A stretch of DNA of 64,000 bases. It comes from Candidatus Woesebacteria bacterium. Lineage in GTDB: Bacteria > Patescibacteriota > Microgenomatia > UBA8517. Position 1 is the stretch's first letter; each line of letters begins with the position of its first letter. Both the position numbers and the translations under genes were made by a program. The notes beneath the pieces were generated by a model. It was not told the origin of the DNA and made no database searches. It saw nothing but the letters and a program-made list of their open reading frames with translations. The stretch covers positions 2,671-66,670 of the forward strand of contig JAGVAE010000001.1 in the NCBI GenBank assembly GCA_020060565.1, read 5' to 3'. Below are positions 18,730-29,900 of this stretch, one piece after another.

Positions 18730-19532
18730 TGGATATTAGAGGACTATTGACACAAGCTAATAAAAAAATGATACTTAAATATATGGAACCTGCCGTTGAG
18801 TCTAGATTTACTGCAAATTATTCTTCTGATACTAAGCCCACGATGTCTAATGGAGTTAAAAAGATTATAACATATGGTTTAATAGCCATTGTTTTATTGG
18901 TTATTTGGACGTATGTGAATTCTCCCTTAGTGGTCACGGTTACAGGATCGGGGGAGGTTAGTGTTCCTGCTACAAATGCCACAGTTAGTTTTTCCTTGTC
19001 TGCTAATGATGGGTCAATTGGTGCTGCAGTTTCTGCAGTTCAAGCCAAAGCTGAGCTAATGAGAGCCTATTTGCAGGAAAATGGGGTTTCTGAAGGGGAC
19101 ATTGCAGTTTCTCAGGTTACTGCTGTTCCTGCTGCCCTTATTACAGAAGGAGTAGGGGGATATCAGGCAACAGTTTCAATGGCTGCTAAGACATCTCATG
19201 TAACAGGAGTAAGTAATTTAGTTTCTGATCTTTATACCAATGGGGCATTGGTAGTTGCCCAGCCTATTTTATCTGTTGAGAATGAAGATAAATTGGACAA
19301 AGAAGTGTTTGCAACAGCCATGAAAGATGCAAATGCTCAGGCAGCAAAGATAGGGAAAACAAATTGGAAGTTTATTAGAAAGATTATTTCAATTGACCAG
19401 GCAACATCTGGTACTACATCAACTTCAACTACTAAGGCAGATACACTAACTACAGCAAATGATTCAGTGGCTGCAACAAATGGAGTATTTAAAATTGTTA
19501 AAGCAGTCTCCGTTAGCTACAAGATGTGGTGA
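18729..19532 (+). CDS. SIMPL/DUF541-like membrane-anchored protein
   Basis: N-terminal TM, then a domain with VTGSGEVSVPATNATVSFS and a C-terminal pattern resembling the SIMPL (26-kDa periplasmic immunogenic protein) family. It is divergent from the giant gene, and the two start positions abut. Confidence 0.6.
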   Translation: MDIRGLLTQANKKMILKYMEPAVESRFTANYSSDTKPTMSNGVKKIITYGLIAIVLLVIWTYVNSPLVVTVTGSGEVSVPATNATVSFSLSANDGSIGAAVSAVQAKAELMRAYLQENGVSEGDIAVSQVTAVPAALITEGVGGYQATVSMAAKTSHVTGVSNLVSDLYTNGALVVAQPILSVENEDKLDKEVFATAMKDANAQAAKIGKTNWKFIRKIISIDQATSGTTSTSTTKADTLTTANDSVAATNGVFKIVKAVSVSYKMW

Positions 19533-19540
19533 GATAGATT

Positions 19541-19777
19541 TTGTGGTACAATTTAGGCATGACACCCCAGTTTATTCGTAAATATTTTTGGGATATTAAG
19601 ATTGAAAAGGCTGATCCAAAAAAACATCCAGAGTATTTTATTAGTAGGATTTTGGAGTTTGGAGATAGAAAGTCTTTTGGCTGGCTGAAGTCTTTTTTTG
19701 GGATGGAGAAGATTCGTAAAGTTGTAAAATCTAGAAAATTGACACCTAAATCTCAAAATTTCTGGCAAAATGTTTGA
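19541..19777 (+). CDS. small hypothetical protein (78 aa), putative partner of the downstream nucleotidyltransferase
   Basis: Overlaps the next ORF by 8 nt, a TA-like organisation; I recognise no wHTH. Confidence 0.4.
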   Translation: MWYNLGMTPQFIRKYFWDIKIEKADPKKHPEYFISRILEFGDRKSFGWLKSFFGMEKIRKVVKSRKLTPKSQNFWQNV

Positions 19778-20378
19778 AAATACACTTTCTTCCAATAGTC
19801 TTAAGTTTATTAAAGAAATCAAATCTGATAGTTTGCCAAATGATTCCTATCTAGGAGGGGGGACGGCAATTGCTCTTCAAATTGGCCACAGAAAGTCTCT
19901 GGACTTGGATTTTTTTACTCAAACTCAATTTAATGAGACTCAATGGCAACAAAAGTTGGAAGAAGACATTGGGTTTGACCTGATTCAAAAAGATTGGCAG
20001 ACATTAGTTGGAAGCGTGCAAGATATCAAGTTTTCTCTTTTTTATTATAAACATGCCTTGATTGATAAAACTAAGGATTATTACAATATTAAATTAGCCT
20101 CACTTGAAGATTTATCTGCAATGAAATTGGACACTGTCATTTCCAGGGGAACAAGGCGGGATTTAATAGATATCTATTTCCTGGCACAAAAATTTTCCAT
20201 TCCTGGGATGTTTGAATTCTATGATAGAAAGTTTGGAAACTTTAAAGACCGTGAGATTATGATCAAAAAAGCTCTTATTTATTTTGAAGACGCAGAGAAG
20301 GATGAGACCCCTGATATGCTTATTCCTTTCGATTGGAATGAGTTAAAAACATTCTTCAAAAAGGAAATTGAACTTTAA
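19770..20378 (+). CDS. short AbiEii-like nucleotidyltransferase (DUF1814-type)
   Basis: YLGGGTAIALQIGHRKSLDLDFF, the same NTase motif as the other AbiEii copies. At 202 aa it is short for the family. Confidence 0.6.
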   Translation: MFENTLSSNSLKFIKEIKSDSLPNDSYLGGGTAIALQIGHRKSLDLDFFTQTQFNETQWQQKLEEDIGFDLIQKDWQTLVGSVQDIKFSLFYYKHALIDKTKDYYNIKLASLEDLSAMKLDTVISRGTRRDLIDIYFLAQKFSIPGMFEFYDRKFGNFKDREIMIKKALIYFEDAEKDETPDMLIPFDWNELKTFFKKEIEL

Positions 20379-20394
20379 ATAGGTTGTAAGTAAG

Positions 20395-20465
20395 GGCTTG
20401 TAGGTAAGTGGTATACCGTATCATTCGCATTGATAAATCGGCGGTTCGATTCCGCCCAAGTCCAC
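20395..20465 (+). tRNA. tRNA-like element with a CGC (Ala-type) anticodon and a defective acceptor stem; probable tRNA pseudogene or att-site remnant
   Basis: By hand it folds as GGGCTTG-TA-GGTA/AGTGGTA/TACC-G-TATCA/TTCGCAT/TGATA-AATC-GGCGG/TTCGATT/CCGCC-CAATCCA-C. The D, anticodon and T arms are canonical (T-loop TTCGATT), but acceptor pairs 1:72 (G:A) and 4:69 (C:T) are mismatched. Confidence 0.4.
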
Positions 20466-21196
20466 TATTGTAATTTTGACTTCAGTTTTTGGATGAGTAG
20501 ATTCTTCAAATTTTTTGCAATTTCTCTTTGTGATCTGGGTAAAAATTGTGTTAAATCCATATCTAGTTTGGCTTGAGGATAGGATTCAATCTTTTTTAAT
20601 AAATCTGAGATATTAACATCCTTTTTAAGAGGAATTCCTTTTTCCAGTAGAAACCAGACATCAAAAGAATCCCTTCCTTTATTTCGATCCAGAAGAGCCT
20701 CAATTTTTTCTGCAAGAATTTCCTTATTTGAAAAATGTGATATTAAAGGAAACATGGGGATTGGGAATTTGGTTATTAGGGGAGAAACTACAATCTCTGG
20801 TGTATTTTTGATTTGGGTAAAATCCAAACGAATAGTTAAGGGGAACTTAAATCCAACTGGCTGATATTTTATGCGGTAACGGATACCGTTTTTGCCAGAA
20901 TACAAAAGAAGTATTTGCATTTTTGGCATCTCTTTTTGTATGGCTTGTTCCAACTTTTCCAATATTTGTTTAATCTGTTCTTTGTTGTAGGTGGTAGAGA
21001 AATCTAGATCTTCTGAGAATCGTGAGGAACCCAACAGCAATCTAATAGCTGTTCCACCCTTGAAATAAATTTTATTTGCTTTTGCATCTTGGTAAAGATA
21101 ACTCAAGAATAAAAGCTGAAAATGTTCGCGTATGATAGTGAAAGTATCTATTTGATAGTCTTTTGCTAGAGCATCTATTTGTTCTTTAGTAATCAT
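20465..21196 (-). CDS. AbiEii/AbiGii-family nucleotidyltransferase toxin
   Basis: YFKGGTAIRLLLGSSRFSEDLDFS motif; 243 aa. Its stop codon abuts the 3' end of the tRNA-like element. Confidence 0.75.
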   Translation of the reverse strand: MITKEQIDALAKDYQIDTFTIIREHFQLLFLSYLYQDAKANKIYFKGGTAIRLLLGSSRFSEDLDFSTTYNKEQIKQILEKLEQAIQKEMPKMQILLLYSGKNGIRYRIKYQPVGFKFPLTIRLDFTQIKNTPEIVVSPLITKFPIPMFPLISHFSNKEILAEKIEALLDRNKGRDSFDVWFLLEKGIPLKKDVNISDLLKKIESYPQAKLDMDLTQFLPRSQREIAKNLKNLLIQKLKSKLQ

Positions 21197-21783
21197 TTGA
21201 TGATTTTCTTAATAATCTTAGACATCTTTTTATTATCAAATCTTCTAGTGTAAATAACAAGCTTTTGCCTATCAATTCCAGATAATTCCATTTCATCAAA
21301 ATCTAAATTCCGCAATCCCTTTAGTCCTAAATAAATATAATCCAGAAGTGCCTTTTCGGGGTCGGCAATTAAAAAGTCATCTTTTTTTTCGTACCCCCAA
21401 TATAACTTGTTTGCTATTTGTGAATATTGGAACTCCTTTTGTTGAATATTGATATTTTTACTTTTTTTGACAGATATGGATGTTATTTGGTAGGGGAAAC
21501 CAGTAATTATTCCATAAAATGATAGTGCAGATTCGAGAGAAATGTAGGAGGGTTGGAGGGTAAAATTAGCTATTAGAAAGTCATCTGGCGGATTAAGTAA
21601 AAAACTGTATTTACCATTTGTTAATTTCTGGATTAGACCTTTTTTTTCCAGTCTTTGAATCCTTTTGTATAGGTTCAAACTATTTGAAATATCAAACAAT
21701 CTTCCAAAATCTGTTAATGAAAATAGAGAAATTTGTTTTTCTTGCAAAACTTTAATAATATCGGTTGCAGAATACGTTCCCAT
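21193..21783 (-). CDS. AbiEi-type antitoxin (winged-helix)
   Basis: N-terminal wHTH (LYKRIQRLEKKGLIQKLTNGKYSF). Its stop overlaps the toxin start by 4 nt (ATGA). It resembles the 9069-9644 protein (SYISLE...L motif). Confidence 0.7.
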   Translation of the reverse strand: MGTYSATDIIKVLQEKQISLFSLTDFGRLFDISNSLNLYKRIQRLEKKGLIQKLTNGKYSFLLNPPDDFLIANFTLQPSYISLESALSFYGIITGFPYQITSISVKKSKNINIQQKEFQYSQIANKLYWGYEKKDDFLIADPEKALLDYIYLGLKGLRNLDFDEMELSGIDRQKLVIYTRRFDNKKMSKIIKKIIK

Positions 21784-21833
21784 AATTAAGACAATTATAT
21801 GCTAAAATTTGGAACGTGTCAAGCCAAAACTAT

Positions 21834-23873
21834 TTATTGTGTTGCAGCTGGGGGAGTAGCTTCTTCGGGAAGCTCAATTGGAGGTTTTACATTTGATGGC
21901 TCAATCGCTTGAGGGGCTTGTAAGTTGTCAGTTTCCTCACTTGTTTTTGCAGGCTTGTTTTTATTTAGTTCATCCAGAGTGCTTTTTGCAAGTTTATAAT
22001 CTTCTGAATCATTGGGAACCAAACTTATAACATTATTAATTGATGTAATTGCATTGTCATAATCTTTCTTGGCTTGATAGGCGATTGCTAAATTGTAATG
22101 GGCATTGGCAAGATTACTTTTGGCAAGAACTGCAAGTTTAAATGTATCAATTGCATCATCATATCTACCCAGAGCGTAATAAACGCCGCCTAGAGAGATT
22201 CTAAGGGATGGATTTGTTGGATCAAGCGCAACGGCTTGATTGTATGTTTGAATAGCAAATTGATCAGCTCCTGTTGCAAAAGGCATAATGCTTCTATAAA
22301 TTTGCGCCAGTATTTCCCAATTTCCAGATCTTGCTGGGTTTAATGTAACCGTAGCTTTTCCTTCATTGATAGCTTCTTGAACAAGTTGGGTAATTGTTTC
22401 TTTATCAGTATCTGTGACCTCAGTTTTTGAGGCCAGAGATTGAGCTAATGCCATGTCAATCTGGGCTAAGGAAGCATGATATCTGTCCACGGTTGGATTT
22501 TGTTTAACAGCAGCCACAATTGCATCGTATGTAGTTTTAGCATCATTTTTAGCTAAAGCCTCAAGAGCTTTTGTGTAATTGGCCTCAGCTCTGATCCAGC
22601 CGCTTGCAACAAAGAAGAAAACCCCTAAAGCTACTGCAAAAGGCAAACAAATAAGAACAACTGCCGATTTTGATGACGACTCCGCTAAGAGATTTACATT
22701 TTTATTTTCAGATTCAGAAATTATGGCAAGCAAAACAAACAGAATTGTTATTAGAGCAGGGGCAATGGGGAAAATTGCAAAAAGAACCAAGGTGATAATA
22801 GCTGGTAGAAATTTGATATCAAATTTCCTAGAAACAAACTTATAAAGAACAATGAAAAGAACTGCAAAAGCCAATATTCCTGCAAATCCAAGCTCGGAAA
22901 TGGCTGTCATGTAATAATTAGTGGCTGTAGTGAATCTAACTTGCCAAAGATCCGAAGCATTGTATGATACTGGTCTAAATCTATTGAATGCCGTCAAATA
23001 ATTTCCAGGTCCTACCCCCCAAATAGGGCTTACTTTAAGTGTATCAACCGCGATTTGCCAAGATGTATTCAAATCTGGAAGCTTAGGACTTTGGGGCTGT
23101 CCTGGAAGTATGTTTTTACCAAGAATAATCATTCCCAAAATTATTACTCCAGCAGAAACTCCTGCAAAAAGTTTATATACATTATCTTTTTGTTTAAAAA
23201 TAAATAGTGCTGCAATGGTTAATGCAGCTAACATATAGACAACTGCAGGTAAACTTCCACCCATGGGGTTAAAGGTTACGTCTTTTACAAAAGCGGGGAG
23301 TTGGGGAATTTTTGTTAACACTCCAATTTGTGCAAAAAGAACGACAACAGAAAGAAGAACTCCAGAAATTACCACCGCAAAAGATATTCCTTCTTTATCC
23401 TCTGCTTTTAATTGGTTAATTAAGAAATAGAGAAGTGCCGATGCTCCTACAATGGTTGCGGCTCCCGGGAAAAAGAAAGCTTCCATTTTATTAGGAGTTG
23501 CCAAAAACCCTGATGCTATATAAGAAGTTGCCACTAATAGTATAGGTATATCAAATTTTCCAGCCTTAAAACTTACAGACCCTTTTATAACAGATTCAAC
23601 CATCCAAAGGATTATGGCAAGACCAACAACTACTGATAGGAGAATAGTTTTAGGTAGGGTATACGTAGCCGAAGCAAAAGAGAAAACAAAAACAGGATAC
23701 AAAACAACTAAGGTGTAAAGAAGATATTTTTTGATTGTTTCTATGGCTTTAATCATATCATTCCAAGCTAAGTCAGTATTAAATATTTTACCTCTATTGT
23801 CAATAGCGCTTTGCTGCAAAGTATAACTAAATATATATAAATATATACTTTGATATATTAAAGTATCATTCAA
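21834..23873 (-). CDS. O-antigen ligase-like (Wzy_C/PglL-type) polytopic membrane protein with C-terminal TPR repeats
   Basis: At least 10 predicted TM helices. SPIWGVGPGNYLTAF, the loop typical of O-antigen ligase / O-oligosaccharyltransferase families. A C-terminal ~230 aa with TPR-like repeats (YNQAVALDPTNPSLRISLGGVYYALGRYDDAIDTFK..). Confidence 0.7.
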   Translation of the reverse strand: MNDTLIYQSIYLYIFSYTLQQSAIDNRGKIFNTDLAWNDMIKAIETIKKYLLYTLVVLYPVFVFSFASATYTLPKTILLSVVVGLAIILWMVESVIKGSVSFKAGKFDIPILLVATSYIASGFLATPNKMEAFFFPGAATIVGASALLYFLINQLKAEDKEGISFAVVISGVLLSVVVLFAQIGVLTKIPQLPAFVKDVTFNPMGGSLPAVVYMLAALTIAALFIFKQKDNVYKLFAGVSAGVIILGMIILGKNILPGQPQSPKLPDLNTSWQIAVDTLKVSPIWGVGPGNYLTAFNRFRPVSYNASDLWQVRFTTATNYYMTAISELGFAGILAFAVLFIVLYKFVSRKFDIKFLPAIITLVLFAIFPIAPALITILFVLLAIISESENKNVNLLAESSSKSAVVLICLPFAVALGVFFFVASGWIRAEANYTKALEALAKNDAKTTYDAIVAAVKQNPTVDRYHASLAQIDMALAQSLASKTEVTDTDKETITQLVQEAINEGKATVTLNPARSGNWEILAQIYRSIMPFATGADQFAIQTYNQAVALDPTNPSLRISLGGVYYALGRYDDAIDTFKLAVLAKSNLANAHYNLAIAYQAKKDYDNAITSINNVISLVPNDSEDYKLAKSTLDELNKNKPAKTSEETDNLQAPQAIEPSNVKPPIELPEEATPPAATQ

Positions 23874-23918
23874 TCAAGATTTAATCCCTTAAGATTCGAT
23901 CATTTTTCAGCAGACCAA

Positions 23919-26900
23919 TTACTGTACTTGTACTATCCACCAATTGAACTTTACATCAATATCGATAGGATTCGTAAAACCGACTACAAATTGTCCATTC
24001 TCTTTACTTTTTACATACAAAACATTGTTAAGAGTTGGGGAGGTAGGGGTTACATAGACCAAAGTTAGATCTGTAACTTTGGGATTTTTGATGATTATCT
24101 CGCTTGTTTCTGCAGGAACAGTTGCCTGTCCAATCATTGAATTTGTAGTAATAACTCCATCTATAATAGTGCCTGAGACTGTCGCGTCGGAAGCGGCAAC
24201 AATTAGTTCGGGGGTGGTAACAGAATTAAGTGTTGCTGATCCTGTTGCATTGATTATTTTGGCATTAAGCTCTAAAGTTGTAATTTTTCCTGCAACATAC
24301 AAGTTTCCAGCCATTCTCATGTTTCCTTGGGTATCAATTGAAATAAGCCCTCCCATAATTTCAACTGGTGCCATGGCGAGAGATTGAATTTGGAGTGGGG
24401 CAGAAAGACTATTAATAGTATTGCCGTTAAGTCCAATTACCAAGTCGCTTCCTAGGGTTAAGGAATCTGCAATGGAAACTGAGCTCATTGCAGCATTACC
24501 TGTTACAAATAAATCATTTGTAATAAGTTCTGCTATATTTGCACTTCCACTTGCAGTTAAATTGGCTCCTGCAGTTGCAGTAAAAAGAAGAGATTGATCT
24601 GCTGACACTTGGGCAAGTAAAGCTTCAATTTCATCAATGTTTTGTGATCTGACGACTCCACTAAATGAGGCATTACCCATATTGTCAATTGAGGCTACTT
24701 CTGACCCTTCTGAGTTTTGAATTGCAAATTTACCTGATGGAGTAGCTTCCGACCCAATTCTTACTGTTACATCTGTTTCATCAGCAAGAGGGGAGATAAG
24801 TGGGGTTTGAATCCTCTGGGCTATTAATTTATCAGTATCAACTACACCTGCTTTGATACTGGCAATGAGCGCCTGGCTGAAGATTCCAATGTTATTTATT
24901 GTTTCCCCTGTAGCATCTTTAATTTCGTATGCAATTCCGGCCGCATTTACTTTTGCATTTAATAAGTAGGCATTTATATCAGAAAGGATTGGAGTTAAAG
25001 AACTTCCGTTTCCTATAAAAATCATTACATTGTCTTTTTGGTATGTTGGATCCCAAGGTTCGAGAGCGGTTCCAATTGATTTTTCACCCAATACTGCTTT
25101 TTTAGCACGTCCTGGGGTAGAGGAGGAGGTGATTGGATCTCCTGTTTTAATTGCTGCCGAGTCTGTTGCAACTTTGACAGGAACTCGTCCAACAAGAGCC
25201 AGAAGTCTTCTATCTTCAGCTTCAATTCCCAAGGTTTGACCTGCTTTGGTTGAAATTACACCAATAAGTCCAGGGTCACGAATTCCATTTGACTTTCTAA
25301 GAATTGGTACTCCGTAATCGTCCAAGTTGCCACTAACCGAGACTACATCTCCTGAAACAATATCTTGATTGTCTACTCCATAATACTCAGCCAAGTCAGC
25401 TCCGTATACAACTGCGTCAAGCCTAAGTTCCTGATTTTGGCCAGTGTAGTTATATAACCTGACATTATTTGCATCTGTTTGAGTTATTTTGTAGCTGTTG
25501 TTATAACTAAACTGAACATTGTTTACCTGGGGCTGGAAACTTGTATTGGTGGTAGTAAATATTGCTCTATACTGCAAGTAATTGTTGGGGGTTGAGACAA
25601 TTGGTGAACCACTACTTACAGTCATAGCTTTTTCAGCTTTGAAATTATCAAAGTGAATTGTATTCCATGGGTTATTCAAGTTTGTTACTCTAAGTTTGGT
25701 AACACCGTCCTTAGAAGTTGAAACTATATCCGACAAATCCCAATATACTTTTTGCCAAGTACTTGTGGCGTCAATTGTTACAGTTTCTTCTTGTTCTGTT
25801 CCTGCAGCTTCTCCAAAACCAAGCTTTACAGTATTTCCAGATGAGGTTGCATATACCCAAGCAGTTAAGTAGTCATATCCAGAGATGTCAGTTGCACCAA
25901 TAGTTGCTTCTGCGTAACCTCCTCCTTGGGCGGTGTTAACAAATTGAGTTGTGTTTCCCGCAGTTCCTTCATCTTCATCTTCAAATTGATCTACATTCCT
26001 TGTTACTGTGCCATCAGCAACTGTTGCACTAGATCCTGTCCAATCTGTGTGGGTGTTGGCATCTTGAAGGGAAAGGTAATTGGTTGAGGCTATCGCAGGT
26101 TTCCAAGCTTCCCATGTTCCATCAGTTGGATTGGTTGAATTTCCAGTCCTTGTTTGGAATTCTACTTTGCCCCAAGCAGAAGGGGTAGCTTCCCATCTAA
26201 GATCACTTAATGAAACTGCGTTTGGTGTACTAATTACTCCCGAATGATACAAACCATATGGATAGTATGGTTGAACTGTATAGGCTGCAGTGGGGGAGTT
26301 GGTTGAACCTGTATAAGAGGTTGTGTAGTAAATAGCTGTACGTCCTTTGCCTCCCGCACCACCCGCAACAGGTAAACTAGCTCCTCCCGCACCACCCGAT
26401 CCATTTGTTGCAGATACTAAGTTTGTACCTAAAGTAACCGTACCAGCAGATAATTTAACAGATCCTCCAGCTCCACCTCCACCTCCAGCACTCCAATTTG
26501 AACCTGCACTACCGTTTGCACCATTTGACGAGACGGTTCCGCTTACTGTAACACTTGCTGCTGAGATTGTAACGATTCCTCCTCCCGCACCTCCAAGTCC
26601 ACGGGTATCGGAAGAATACTGTCCTGCTGCACCTCCACCCGACCCGAACATAAGATCGGCAAGTGCTGCATCTCCATAAGTTCCACCACCACCCCCACCT
26701 CCAGCTCCTGATGCACCTCCATTACCTGAGGTATTGGTTCCTCCATTTGATCCATTATCTCCTCCATAACCATAAGTTCCGTAACCACCACCTCCACCTG
26801 CGCGACCTCCAGAGTTTTGATCTCCTAATCCCCCTCCTCCTGATCCTCCAAGGGCGGCAGAACCTGTGCCTCCTGCAGGATCTCCACCACCTCCACCACC

Positions 26901-29900
26901 ACAGTATCCATTTGCACCTGAAGCATTGTGTCCACCTCCACCTCCAGCAGCCCCTGCGGATCCATTAACTCCTGATGTTCCTCCAGCTCCGCCTAGTCCG
27001 CAGAAAGCTTCTCCTCCGTTACCACCACCATAACCTCCTGCACCACCAGTTGTTGCACCTCTATAACCCATAGCGTTGGCATGAATATTACCACTTATAG
27101 AAACGGCTCCAGTTGCTCTAAAGAAAATCACTCCACCTTTAGCTCCGTCAAAAGCTGTTGGATAGAAATTTTGAGATGCATTAACGGTTACAGTTGTATA
27201 GTTGGGGACTCTTTGAAGCATCACTCTTTGTGTTCCTGCGGTGGTACCAAGATTGGAATCATCAGTTGCATTATCACCATAGAATTTTGTTTTGGATTTG
27301 GTGAAGTTAACAGTATTGGAGGAAACCGATGAAACCCTAAGTGTTTCGTAATTTCCTACATTTACATATGCACTAGTTGCTCCTTGAAGATTGATAAGCA
27401 AAACTTCATCTCCTACTGTTAAACAACCTGCAGATGGGGTAGTGGAAAGGGTTGCTGCGGTTGAGGTTAGGGAACTTACTGAATAATTTACAGCATCTCC
27501 GCCGTCAGCACAGGAGCGGGCACTAATTAAGCTTGTGGCGTTTATACTAGTGTTTCCTGATACAGTAATGGCGCCATCTGCTCCTGTTCCTGTATCAACT
27601 GATGGGGCAAGTTCAATATCAGTTAGTCTGGTTTGGGTTCTAACTTTTCCTGATGCTGAAGCATTATCAAATTCATTCTGAAGTGACTGCTTCATTGTTA
27701 CTGATTTATCTGTTATTTTTTCCCACAGGCTTGTAATAGTATTTTTGACCCAACCGGTGAGACTTATATCATTTGTGTTTTGATTGTGGGCTACTTCAAC
27801 ATAACCAAGATTGGCAATGTTTGCTGCAGTTGTTGCGTATTTAGTCATATCCATTGCAATCCTATGGAAAGCACTATCTCCAGTTCGAAGATAAAGATGG
27901 TCAACATCTGTGTCGTAATAAATAGTTCCTTCTGCAGTATTTGTAGTTGAGGCCATACCTGCTAGAGTGATTGCTCCATCGTTGTGAACTGTAAATTTAG
28001 ATACACCCGAAGCGGAAGCTGTAAATATATCCCCACCTTTTTGTTGATTAACCATTAGAGCTGCTTGACCAACATTTGCGGTGTTATCTACCAACCAGCT
28101 ACTAGCCCCTAATGTGTTTGATGTTGTTGTTGGTGCAGAAGAGAAAACTATAGTTGCAGTTCCTGCTGAGTTGGCGATTATTCCACTATCAAGATATAAG
28201 TTTCCATCAAGTTCCAAATCACTACTAATTAGAAGATCGCTTCCATCTGTTATTCCTCCTGAATGTCCTGTGGTATTGGTTCCAAATCTATTGTATGCGG
28301 TTGCTGAAGAGTTGTTTACCTGTAGGTTTGAGGTAAAAAGACCTGTTGTGGCTGTCATAGTTCCCGAACAAGCAAGATTGCCGTTAGATCCATCTACTGT
28401 ACAGCCAGTGTCGGTAGATCCACCACCGAACAGTATAGATGAAGCACCACTTCCAGTTGGCCCTAAGTTTATTGTAGTTGCTGCTCCTCCAACATTAAGA
28501 GATGTAGTTGTGGTATTGAAAAGTTCAGCTGTCGTAGCCCCAGAATTAAGATCTCCAGCAATTGTAATATTTGATCCATTGGCAGTTAAAGAGGTGATAC
28601 CTCGAGAATTAATAACTACATTGCCTGTTGTTGCACTCCCTAGGGTAAGATTGGCCATATTTGTTGTTGAAAGATTTCCGTTTCCATTTATGTAGGTAGC
28701 AACATTGGCTGTCGTTCCTGCAATACTTGCAGTTGGTGTTCCTGAGGTAACTCCAGTGAATGCAAACTTGGCAGAAGCTGTTGCAATTCCTCCGATTAAG
28801 ACATCAACGGTTTGGCTATTGGGGTATATTGTTCCTGTTGCATCATCTAGTGTCCAGGTTCCACCTCCTCCTGCTCCATTGTCAACCCAACTTAACTGTC
28901 CTGCAGCATCACTAGAAAGAACATATCCTGAAGAAACTGCATCAGCATCAGGCCATGTGTAGGTTATCCCATGCAGCTGAGTTGTCCCTATGTTTACTAA
29001 GTTTCCAGAAGCATCGATTCTTTGTGTCCCTGCAGTTGCACCAGTGTAAATTCCGTTAACTGCATTAACTGTTCCAGGGGCTCTAAAGTCTGAAGGAATT
29101 GAAAGAGTAATATCTCCTGTTCCTGCACTTGCTGTAATTTGATTTGCAGTTCCAGCCAAAGAACTTACGTAGTTCCCAGTTGTGTGAGTTCCAAGAACTA
29201 TCTTTCCCCAAGATGGAGCAGCTCCAACACCTCCTGAGATTAGAGCATTTCCAACTGCAATATCAGCAAGTTGTGAGAGTGTGTTTGTACTGCTGGCATA
29301 TATCAAATCTCCTGTTGTATATGAATTAAGGCCAGTTCCTCCTTGATCAGTTCCAAGTACTCCGGTTGAGGTCAATGTTTTGTTTGCATCGGTAAATACT
29401 CCTTTTGATGCAGTCAGCCCTGTATCTGTTATGGATCCTGCAGAGAATGGGGAAGAGGAGATTACATTTCCAGTTGTTGCACCTCCAAGTGTAATATCTT
29501 TCATATCAGTATTTGCCAAGTTTCCAGTGGAGGTTAAATATGTTCCTGAAATACTAGCAGTTGGTGTTCCTGATGTAACTCCAGTGAAGGCAAATTTGGC
29601 AGATGTTGTTGCATCTGATCCTATTAGAACATCCATACTGTTGTTCTTTGGAAATAGTGCTCCTTCTGCTGCAGTCCAGTAAATTGAAGAAGCAACAGCA
29701 TCTGCAGGATCCACCCAAGCTAGGGTTGAAGATGCTCCTGTTCCTGTTGATTGAAGTACATAATTTGCAGTGGCACTCCCAGGCCAGGTGTATGTAACTC
29801 CGTTTATCTGAGTAGTACCAATATTGGTTAGATTACCTGATGCATCAATCCTTTGTGTTCCTGCTGTTGCACCAGTGTAAATTCCGTTAACTGCATTAAC

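Noticed and set aside
18727-18731. Overlapping divergent start codons of the giant gene and the SIMPL-like gene as a special regulatory arrangement
   Set aside because: The minus-strand ORF-track start is a TTG. The more likely start (MPKPVGFF, 12 codons in) leaves a normal, short divergent intergenic spacer.
20395-20465. Initial reading of this element as a functional tRNA-Ala with the G3:U70 identity pair
   Set aside because: On re-reading the sequence line, the 3' acceptor strand is CAATCCA, not CAAGTCC. Pair 3:70 is G:C, and pairs 1:72 and 4:69 are mismatched. I therefore downgraded it to a tRNA-like remnant or pseudogene.
26347-26968. Long Pro-rich and His-rich ORFs (26347-26679 and 26663-26968, plus strand) antisense to the giant gene
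   Set aside because: They exist only because the sense strand is a run of GGN glycine codons, which read as CCN / CAY-rich antisense triplets. They are fully contained in a much longer, coherent ORF, so I treat them as spurious.
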